DNA from: Acidimicrobiales bacterium
Lineage (GTDB): Bacteria; Actinomycetota; Acidimicrobiia; Acidimicrobiales; AC-14
Length of the DNA: 40,000 bases
Direction: 5' to 3'
Assembly (NCBI GenBank): GCA_025463925.1
Contig: JAODBK010000049.1
Location: 111,535-151,534, forward strand
The translations under genes and the position numbers were made by a program. The notes under the pieces were generated by a model. It ran no database searches. It was not told the origin of the DNA and was given only the letters and a program-made list of their open reading frames with translations. Positions 8,980 through 17,100 of this stretch are shown in pieces (the first letter of the stretch is position 1; each line of letters opens with the position of its first letter).

Positions 8980-9783
8980 GTGTCCTTCGTCCTCGTCGAC
9001 ACGCCGCGCCCCCACGTGACGCTGGTCACGCTCAACCGGCCCGAGCGCATGAACGCCATGGCGTTCGACGTGATGATCCCGTTCCGCGACGCGCTCGAGG
9101 AGATCCGCCACGACAACGACACCCGCGTCGTGATCATCACCGGCGCCGGTCACGGCTTCTGCTCGGGCGCCGACCTCGAGGACTCGGGCCACGTCCCGCA
9201 CATCGCCGGACTCACCCGCACGACGATCGGCCGCCGGGCCATGGGTCTGCTCGACGACGTGATCCTGCAGATGCGCCGGATGCACCAACCGGTGATCGCC
9301 GCCGTCAACGGCGCGGCCATCGGCGGTGGGTTCTGCCTGGCCGTCGCCACCGACATCCGCATCGCGTCGGAACGGGCCTACTTCCGCGCCGCCGGCATCA
9401 ACAACGGCCTCACGTCGACCGAGCTCGGCATCAGCTACCTCCTCCCGCGGGCGATCGGGTCATCCCGGGCCTTCGAGATCATGCTGTCGGGCCGCGACGT
9501 CGGCGGTGCCGAGGCCGAGCGGATCGGCCTCGTCTCGCGCACGGTGGCCCATGACGACCTGCTCGACGAGTGTTGTTCGCTGGCCGAGCGGATCATCGGC
9601 TTCAGCCGCGTCGGTGTCGAAGCCACCAAGGGGCTGCTGTGGTCGGGGCTCGAAGCGGGAAGCCTGATGTCGCACATGGACCACGAGGGTCACGCGCAGC
9701 TCTACGTCCGGCTGACCACTGGCAACTTCGAGGAAGCGATCCTCGCTCGCCGGGAAGGGCGCCCGCCCGACTACCTCGATTAG
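8980..9783 (+). CDS. Enoyl-CoA hydratase/isomerase (crotonase fold)
   Basis: ORF 8980..9783 with RBS gaggg at 8971-8975. VTLNRPERMNAM...VVIITGAGHGFCSGADL...PVIAAVNGAAIGGGFCLAVATDIRIAS is the crotonase oxyanion-hole pattern. Confidence 0.9.
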   Translation: MSFVLVDTPRPHVTLVTLNRPERMNAMAFDVMIPFRDALEEIRHDNDTRVVIITGAGHGFCSGADLEDSGHVPHIAGLTRTTIGRRAMGLLDDVILQMRRMHQPVIAAVNGAAIGGGFCLAVATDIRIASERAYFRAAGINNGLTSTELGISYLLPRAIGSSRAFEIMLSGRDVGGAEAERIGLVSRTVAHDDLLDECCSLAERIIGFSRVGVEATKGLLWSGLEAGSLMSHMDHEGHAQLYVRLTTGNFEEAILARREGRPPDYLD

Positions 9784-9817
9784 ATTCGCGCATCGACTGC
9801 TGGGCGGGGGAGCGCCA

Positions 9818-10234
9818 ATGCGTCTGGTGGGATTGTCGCGAGGGATGCGCGAGGTGCTCGCTCTGCCGGGCTACGCGGCCGTCGACCAACTCGAGGTCGC
9901 CGAAGCCGCGTGGTCGTTGGCCACGGATCTCGGACTCGGGTGGGGCCCGTTCGAGCCGGGCAACGATGCGCTGGTCGACTTCGTCGTCGGTGTCGTGGAG
10001 GCGATCGACGAGTTCATCGCGGTCGCCGAGAGCCGCGGCGAGTGGCCCCGCGACGTGGCGTTGCGTGCCGAGGCGGAGGCGGCGGCGTGGGTCGACGACT
10101 TCCTCTACGACAATCCGAACGTGCGCTTTCCGGCAGCCACCGGAGACGCGACCGACGTGTCGTTGTTCACGGTGGCGCAGCACCTCGCGCAAGCGCTGGC
10201 GGCCGCGGTGAGCGGGGTCCGGCCCGACCGCTGA
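9818..10234 (+). CDS. Hypothetical protein (acidic, no recognisable family)
   Basis: ORF 9818..10234 with RBS gggggag upstream and strongly G/C-ending codons like its neighbours. No motif recognised. Confidence 0.55.
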   Translation: MRLVGLSRGMREVLALPGYAAVDQLEVAEAAWSLATDLGLGWGPFEPGNDALVDFVVGVVEAIDEFIAVAESRGEWPRDVALRAEAEAAAWVDDFLYDNPNVRFPAATGDATDVSLFTVAQHLAQALAAAVSGVRPDR

Positions 10235-10291
10235 AGCGGACGAAACGCCGCGAAGCGCGTCATCGCGGCGCTCGGCGGCCGTTCCTGACAC

Positions 10292-11299
10292 ATGATCCGG
10301 GATCGCAGACTCTCGGCGGCGCTGGCCGTCATCGGTGGTGTCGTCCTCGTGACGCCGGCGGTGGCCCTTGCGGCGACCCCACCTCCACCGGGCGCGGCCC
10401 AGGCCGTGGCCGCACAGGTCGGCACGATCGTCGCGCTCAGCAAGACGAGCGCCGGCGCCGGGCCGGCCGGACCGTCGGCCGCGGCCGCGCCGGTCGAGCT
10501 CGGTGGCCAGCCACCCTCGTCCGCGTTCGGCGGCCGCCAGAAGGGGCCGGGGAAGTCGAGCGGCCACCTCGTCGACACCGGGAAGTCGCCGGTGGCCCAG
10601 GTGCAGGTGACCCCGTGGTCGGCCAGCGGCGAGCAGTCGGGCGACTCGAACCGGGCCGATGCGGAGGCCGCGCTGGCCCGCATCATCCTCGGCGACGGCG
10701 CGCTGACCGTGAACGTCGTGCAGTCGTCGTCGCATGCCACCTACAACGGCGCCGCCAGCACCGGAGCATCCTCCAGCGACGGCGCGACGGTGCACGCATC
10801 CGGCCTCGACCTCGTGCTCCTGCATTCGGAGGCGTCGTCGAGCGGGAAGGGGTTCAGCGAGGTCGCCGGCATCAACGGGAACGGCATCCTCACCAGCGGC
10901 GACACCAACGGGAGCTGCATGCTCACCGTGCCCGGCCTGCTGATGTTGAACTGCCTCACCGCGTCCGGCGGTGTCGGTCATGCGGTCGCCGGCGTGCTGG
11001 ACGCGACCCTCGGCTCGGGCTCGAGTGGATTGTCGGCGGCCGCGTTCCAGTCGGGCGCGAGCGGGCTGGACGGCGCGTCGGCCACCCGCGTGTTGGCCGA
11101 ACCGCCGCTGTCGCGGCCCGCGCCCGCGCCGGCCCCGGCGCTGGATCAGGCGGCCGTCGGCCGGCTGCCGAGGACCGGGATCGCCGTGACCTTCGCGGCC
11201 GCGGTGGGAGTGGCGCTAATCCTGCTGGGCCTGGTCCTCACCGTGCCGTTCCGCGTGCGCCGGCTCGCACTTGCCGGCGCGATCCGATCGGGAGGGTGA
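10292..11299 (+). CDS. LPXTG-anchored secreted Ala/Gly/Ser-rich surface protein
   Basis: ORF 10292..11299. N-terminal signal peptide (MIRDRRLSAALAVIGGVVLVTPAVALA). C-terminal sorting signal LPRTG, then a hydrophobic stretch IAVTFAAAVGVALILLGLVLTV, then a basic tail FRVRR. Confidence 0.75.
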   Translation: MIRDRRLSAALAVIGGVVLVTPAVALAATPPPPGAAQAVAAQVGTIVALSKTSAGAGPAGPSAAAAPVELGGQPPSSAFGGRQKGPGKSSGHLVDTGKSPVAQVQVTPWSASGEQSGDSNRADAEAALARIILGDGALTVNVVQSSSHATYNGAASTGASSSDGATVHASGLDLVLLHSEASSSGKGFSEVAGINGNGILTSGDTNGSCMLTVPGLLMLNCLTASGGVGHAVAGVLDATLGSGSSGLSAAAFQSGASGLDGASATRVLAEPPLSRPAPAPAPALDQAAVGRLPRTGIAVTFAAAVGVALILLGLVLTVPFRVRRLALAGAIRSGG

Positions 11300-13346
11300 A
11301 CGCGAAGACCGCGCCGCCGCCGTCGGGCGGCTGGTCGGCCCAGATGCGGCCGCCCGCCAGCTCGGCGTAGCGGCGCGCCACCGCCAGGCCGACGCCGGTG
11401 CCGCGGTGGCCCGGCACCGTCACCAGCTGGACGAACCGTTCGAAGATGCGCTCCTCCTCGCCAGGAGGCACCCCGATGCCGTGATCGCGCACCCGCACCT
11501 CGACCTCGTCGCCGGCCCGCCTGACGGACACCTCGATCCGGGTGCCGGCGGCCGAGAACTTGGCGGCGTTGGTCAGCAGGTTCGAGACGATGCGGTCGAG
11601 GGCCTGGGGATCCGTCCACGCCACGAGCGCCGGCGGACCTTCGACGACCACGGTGTAGGCCGCGAGCAGCGCGCCCAGGCCGTCGGCGGTTCGGCGCAGC
11701 GACTCGACGATCGGCACGTTCTCGGGTGCGAACGCCACGTTTCCGGCCTGGAGCCGGCTGAAGTCGAGCAGTTGCTCGACCATGCGGCCCATGGCGTCGG
11801 CACTCGAGCGGATCCGGTCGACGAACTCGTCGCGCCGATCGCCGTCGAGTTGGTCGTGGTGGTGGCGAAGCGTCTCGGCGAAGCCCGAGATGATCGTGAG
11901 GGGCGTGCGGAGCTCGTGGGACACCGTCGCCAGGAACTCGTCCTTCATGCCGTTGGCGTCGCGCAGGCGGTCGGCCGCCAGTCGCTCCCGCTCGTAGGCC
12001 TCGGCCAGCACCAGCTCGGCGCGCTTGCGGGCCGTGATGTCCCGGGCGAACGCGAAGAAGCCCCAGTCGACATCCGTCGGCGCCGCCCAGATGGTGATCT
12101 CGACCGGGAACTCGTGCCCGTCGCGATGGAGGGCGTTCAGCTCGAGGCGTTGGCCGATCACTTTCGCCTCGCCGGTCGACAGGAACCGCTGCAGGCCCTC
12201 GCGGTGGGCGGCGCGCATCTCGACCGGGATGAGCAGGCCGGCCACCGTGTGACCGATCGCCTGCGCCCGCGTCCAGCCGAACACCGCGGCCGACGATTCG
12301 TTCCAGTCGGTGATCGTGCCGGACGCGTCCATGCCGATGAACGCGTCGGTCGCGGTGTCGACGATGTGCCGGATCCGCTCCTCACTCGACCGGAGCGCCG
12401 CCGCCGCCTCCTCCCGCTCGATGGCCCGGCCGAGCTGGGCGCCGACGTTGGTCATGATCGCGAGCTGCTCCTCGTCGGGTTGGCCCGGGCGGTCGGAGAA
12501 GAACTCGAGGACTGCGCGGACCTCGCCGCCGGCCATCACCGGGAAGGCGGCGGCTGATTGGAGGCCGGCCGCCGCGGCCGCGCCGGCCCGCGGGAAATTG
12601 CCGTCGTGGCGCACGTCGACGATCCAGGCCGCCTGGCGCGACGCCATCACGCGGCCCGGGAGGCCGATGCCGGCGCGGAACACCGTCCCCTCGGTCTCTG
12701 CGACGAAGGCGTCGATGGTCATGCCGTCGGCGATGTGCCAGATCGGTGTCGAGACGAGGTCGTCGCCGACCCGCCGGCACACGTGCCCGACCGGCCAACC
12801 GGCGTGGGCGCACACCGACGTCACGGCGGTGGCCAGCGCCTCGTCGCTGGTGGCCGCCTCGTTGGCGGCGGTCGCGACCTCACGGAGGAGCCAGTTCATC
12901 GCCGCCTGCTTCCGCAGCGCCTCCTCCGACTCCTTGGCCGCGGTGATGTCCACGACCTGCACGAAACGGCAGATCGCGTGGCTGCCGTCGTCGAGCAGCA
13001 GCGCCGTGGCGACGAGCCCCCACACCGCGTCCCCGGAAGGCTGGACGAACCGGGTCTCGCTCCAGAACGTCGGGTCGGACCGGCCCGACATCGTGACGGT
13101 GTCGGCATCCGAGAACGGCGGCGCGTCATCGGGGTGCGTGAGCAGGGCGAACGGGTAGCCGGTGAGCTCGGCCGCCGGCCGGTCGACCAGGGCGGCGAGC
13201 GCGGTGTTGGCCCGGAGGATCTCGCCGTCCAATCCGACCAGGCACATGCCGATCGCGGCGACGTCGAACGTGTAGCCGAACCGCGAATCGGCCGCGGGCA
13301 GCACGTCCAACTCCTCCGGCGATCCGCCTGTCCCCCTACCCGGCAC
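11238..13346 (-). CDS. Soluble sensor histidine kinase, PAS-GAF-PAS-HisKA-HATPase
   Basis: ORF 11238..13346. H-box SHELRTPL, the HATPase end GTGVGLAVARRYAELAGGRIWA, two PAS-like blocks (FDVAAIGMCLVGLDGEILRAN; IVDTATDAFIGMDASGTITDWN) and a GAF-like block between them. No hydrophobic TM segment and no response regulator nearby. Start codon (GTG 13346) is uncertain. Confidence 0.85.
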   Translation of the reverse strand: MPGRGTGGSPEELDVLPAADSRFGYTFDVAAIGMCLVGLDGEILRANTALAALVDRPAAELTGYPFALLTHPDDAPPFSDADTVTMSGRSDPTFWSETRFVQPSGDAVWGLVATALLLDDGSHAICRFVQVVDITAAKESEEALRKQAAMNWLLREVATAANEAATSDEALATAVTSVCAHAGWPVGHVCRRVGDDLVSTPIWHIADGMTIDAFVAETEGTVFRAGIGLPGRVMASRQAAWIVDVRHDGNFPRAGAAAAAGLQSAAAFPVMAGGEVRAVLEFFSDRPGQPDEEQLAIMTNVGAQLGRAIEREEAAAALRSSEERIRHIVDTATDAFIGMDASGTITDWNESSAAVFGWTRAQAIGHTVAGLLIPVEMRAAHREGLQRFLSTGEAKVIGQRLELNALHRDGHEFPVEITIWAAPTDVDWGFFAFARDITARKRAELVLAEAYERERLAADRLRDANGMKDEFLATVSHELRTPLTIISGFAETLRHHHDQLDGDRRDEFVDRIRSSADAMGRMVEQLLDFSRLQAGNVAFAPENVPIVESLRRTADGLGALLAAYTVVVEGPPALVAWTDPQALDRIVSNLLTNAAKFSAAGTRIEVSVRRAGDEVEVRVRDHGIGVPPGEEERIFERFVQLVTVPGHRGTGVGLAVARRYAELAGGRIWADQPPDGGGAVFAFTLPIGSRRQVRAGARGTAR

Positions 13347-13414
13347 GGTCTCGATGGTATGGGCCAGGCTGCATGATGTCGTGACCAGATCCGCACAACC
13401 TGGACGAACGTTGA

Positions 13415-13428
13415 CAGTTCATGAACTG
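13415..13428. promoter_or_regulatory. AT-rich perfect 14-bp palindrome CAGTTCATGAACTG overlapping a TTGACA hexamer
   Basis: Read directly: ttgaCAGTTCATGAACTGgc, in the 117-bp divergent gap between the kinase (start 13346) and the lipoprotein gene (start 13464). Confidence 0.45.
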
Positions 13429-13463
13429 GCTCCGAAGCGAGCCGATCCGGTCGATACTGGTGC

Positions 13464-14114
13464 ATGGCCGCGGGCGGGCGTCGCAGGCTCTGGCGATGGT
13501 TGGTGGCGGCCGCCGCGGGCGCGGCCACGCTGACCGCCTGCACCGGCTCGGGCTACTCCTACGTCAAGAGCTCGTCGACCCGGACCTACTTCAAGCTCCC
13601 GGTGCGATGGCGGCTGTACTCCCGGGAGGACTTCATCAACTCCGAGGGTGCCGCCTCGCTGCCGAAGGACTTCAAGGACCGGTACCCGTTCTTCGTGTTC
13701 TTCGACGGCAGCAAGAGCCCCTCGATCCGCCACGACCTGTCGACCGCGACCGAGCCGTTCGGGCTGGCCCAGGTGCGCCGGTTGACGCTCGACGAGCACG
13801 ACACCTTCTCGTTGCAGGCTCTGCGCAACGTGGTGATCAAGGTGGACGAGCTCTCGAAGACGCCCGGTACGTCGGTGGACGTGCTCGAGTCGCCGAAGGC
13901 GATCCAGCTGCCCCATGGCGTGCACGGTGAGAAGCTCGTGTACACGGTGCGCCCGCCCGACGGGAGCACCTTCAGTGTCCTCCAGATCGGCATGACCGAC
14001 CCGTCCAGCAACACGGTGTGGTTCCTGCTGCTCGGGTGCGAGAGCAAGTGCTTCACCGCGAACCGCCGCCACATCGACGCGGTCGCCGATTCGTGGACGA
14101 TCCGAGAGAAGTGA
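13464..14114 (+). CDS. Lipoprotein of unknown family
   Basis: ORF 13464..14114. Signal peptide with lipobox (WLVAAAAGAATLTAC|TGS). No family recognised. Its stop lies 7 nt before the FtsH-like gene. Confidence 0.7.
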   Translation: MAAGGRRRLWRWLVAAAAGAATLTACTGSGYSYVKSSSTRTYFKLPVRWRLYSREDFINSEGAASLPKDFKDRYPFFVFFDGSKSPSIRHDLSTATEPFGLAQVRRLTLDEHDTFSLQALRNVVIKVDELSKTPGTSVDVLESPKAIQLPHGVHGEKLVYTVRPPDGSTFSVLQIGMTDPSSNTVWFLLLGCESKCFTANRRHIDAVADSWTIREK

Positions 14115-14121
14115 GTAGCCG

Positions 14122-17100
14122 ATGAGCGACGACATCGAGCCGGTCGAGCCGGTCGACCCGGTGGAGCTGATCGAGCCGCCCGAAGGCGACGGCCTGGCCT
14201 GGCCCGACCATGACACGGGCCCCACCCCGCCCGGCGGGATGGCGGACCAGACCCGGAAGCGGATCGCGTTCTGGGACCGGATCAAGATCCTCGTCGCCAT
14301 CGGCATCCTGTGGTTGGTCGTGTTCTGGCAGCAGCTGGCCGACGACCCGATCCTCCCGGTTCGCGAAGCGGCTCGCGACATGCTCCGCAACAAGTGGTGG
14401 ATCACGGTCGTCGCCGCCCTCGAGCTGGTGCGGCAGCTGCACTACGCGATCAGCGAGCGGTCGCCCCGCTGGCACGGGTTCTGGACGCGCGGTGTCTTCG
14501 GCGGCTTCGAACGGCGAACGGGCCGGATCAGCGACTGGAACCGCTACCGCATCGGCCGCGCGATGCGGTTGCTGTTCTTCCTCGCGATCATCGCCGTCAT
14601 CGCCGGCGCGATCCGGCACGAGACGCCGGTGCTCGCGCTCTTCAACCTCCCGGCGCGGCTGTGGCACGCGCTGCCGCTGTTCTTCCAGCTGATCTTCGGC
14701 GCGCTGTTCATCGTGATCGAGTTCGGCGCCCTGTTCTTCCTGCTGTCGCGCGGCGGGGTCGAGACCTACTTCCCGGACGACATCAAGACGCGGTTCAGCG
14801 ACGTCTGGGGCCAGGACGCGGTGCTCGATCGGGTGAAGGAGAACATGCTGTTCCTCGACGACCCCGAGTCGATCGAGCGGCGCGGCGGCTATGTGCCGGC
14901 CGGCATCCTCCTGTGGGGCCCACCCGGAACCGGAAAGGGCCAACCGGTGTCGGCCGACGTGATGACGCCGAGCGGCCCGCGCAATATGGGCGATCTGTTG
15001 CCGGGCGACGAGGTGATGGGCGCGGATGGCCGAACGACCGCGGTGCTCGAGGTCCACCTGCTGGGCGAACGCGACCTCTACCGGGTGTCGTTCAGCGACG
15101 GCTCGTCGCTCCGGGTCACCGAAGACCATCTGTGGCAGGTCCACTCCGAGTACGGCGCGACGAAGGTGATCCCGACGCGGGACCTCGCCGGGCGCCTCTT
15201 CGAAGCCGGCGACCGGCCCCGGTTCCACATCCCGATGACGAAGCCGGTCGAGTTCACGCCACGCGAGCTCCCGCTGTCGCCCTACGTGATGGGAGCGTTG
15301 CTCGGCGACGGCACGTTCCGCCATCAGATCGGGTTCTCGAACGTCGATCTGGAGATCCTCGCCCGCGTCGAGGCCGAGCTGCCGGCCGGCGACGGCATGG
15401 TGCGCAAGAGCGCCGCTGACTGGTCGATCATCGGAGGGGCGACCCGGACGATCGTGAAGGAGCTCGAGCTCTTCGGCCGGTTCTCGCACGAGAAGCACGT
15501 CCCCGCCGACTACCTCTGGTCGTCGATCGAGCACCGGCTGGCCCTCCTTCAGGGCCTCATGGACACCGATGGGCACGTCGACCAACGGGGTGTGGTCGAG
15601 TTCCACAGCACGTCGGAGCGGTTGGCCGAGGACGTCCGCCAGCTCGTCGAGTCGTTCGGCGGCACGTCCCGGATGACGACGAGGTCGACGCGCTATCGCC
15701 ACAACGGTCGGCAGCTCCGGGGCCGCCCGATCTTCATCGTCCGCCTGGCACTGCCGAATGACGTGGTGCCGTTCTGGGTGCCCCGCAAGGTCGAGCGGCT
15801 CCGTCCGCGCACCAAATACTTCCCGAAGCGCCGGATGCTGGCGATCGAGCCGGACGGTCGCGAGGAGGCGCGCTGCATCAAGGTCGACGCGCCCGACCAC
15901 CTCTACGTGACGGAGCGGTTCATCGTCACCCACAACACTCTGATGGCCGAAGCGGTGGCCGGCGAGACCGGGAAGCCGTACGTCTTCGTCGACCCCGGGG
16001 CCTTCATCAACATGTTCATGGGGATCGGCATCATCAAGGTCAAGATGCTGTTCCGGAAGCTCCGCAAGCTCGCGGTGCGGTATGGCGGCGTGATCGTCTT
16101 CTTCGACGAGGCCGATTCACTCGGCAGCCGCGGCATGCTGGCGCCCGGGGGCGGGTTCGGCGGTGGCGCCGGCGCGGCGCCCGCGTCCGGACCCTGGGCC
16201 CACGCACCGTCGTGCAACGGGCTGTCCTACGTCACCCCGGACACCACGGCGCGGCTGCTCCGCGAGGCGATGCCGTCGTCGGGCGACGACGCGCCGCGGC
16301 GGTTCATCGATCGCATGATGCCGATGATGGGCGGTGGCGGCGGCGGCATGGGCACGCTCCAGGCGCTGCTGACCGAGCTGTCGGGATTGAAGAAGCCTCG
16401 CGGCTTCCTCAATCGCATCGGGCGCCGGTTGCTCGGCATGAAGCCCAAGGCGCCGCCCAAGTACCGCATCCTCGTGATGATGGCGTCGAACATGCCCCAA
16501 GCACTCGACGAGGCGCTGCTCCGTCCGGGCCGCATCGACCGCATCTACAAGGTGGGCTATCCGTCGAAGGCCGGTCGCATGCGGACGTACGAGGGGTACT
16601 TCGCCAAGGTCGCCAACAACCTCACCCGCAACGACATCGACAAGCTGGCGACGATCACGCCCTACGCGACCGGCGCCACGATCAAGGACCTCGTCAACGA
16701 GTCGCTGATCAACGCCATCCGGCATGGTCGTGACGTCATCGTCTGGAAGGACGTCATCCAGGCCAAGCAGCTCAAGGAGCTCGGCCCGCCCGAGGACGTC
16801 GAGTACATCGAGCGCGAGCGTCATGCGATCGCGATCCACGAGTCGTGCCACGCGGTCATGGCCTACCGCGTGCGCAAGCACCTCACCATCGACATCGCGA
16901 CCATCGAGAAGGGTGGCACGTACCTCGGCATGGTGGCGTCGATCAAGCCGGAGGACCAGTTCAACAATTGGCGCACCGAGTTCGAGGCCGACATCCTCGT
17001 CAGCCTGGCGTCGCTGGCCGGCGAGCGGATGTTCTTCGACGGCGACAGCTCGCGCGGCGTGTCCGGTGATCTCGAGACCGCCACCACGCTGGCGACGTAC

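Noticed and set aside
9602-11370. ORFs 9602..10981 (-) and 9910..11370 (+) covering the hypothetical and LPXTG genes
   Set aside because: Their composition is Arg/Gly/Pro-rich. The alternative frame gives a coherent signal peptide plus LPXTG sorting signal, which is a far better explanation.
14137-14163. In-frame tandem 9-mers gagccggtc gagccggtc gacccggtg (EPV EPV DPV) at the FtsH-like N-terminus
   Set aside because: There are only about three imperfect units inside an acidic Pro-rich tail, too short to call a repeat element.
14950-15936. Alternative reading of the intein as a canonical class 1 intein starting at Ser of SADV (or at Pro 14944 by block-A register)
   Set aside because: Either junction would leave GKGQ(PV)T after splicing and destroy the GK[ST] P-loop. 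Together with the W/C/T residues, the class-3-type reading with Gly at position 1 fits better. The exact N-junction remains untested.
16330-16347. Run of six Gly codons (ggc ggt ggc ggc ggc ggc) as a possible slippage-prone microsatellite or phase-variation site
   Set aside because: It is short, in frame, interrupted by ggt, and sits within a longer Gly/Met-rich protein insertion. There is no evidence of a switch.
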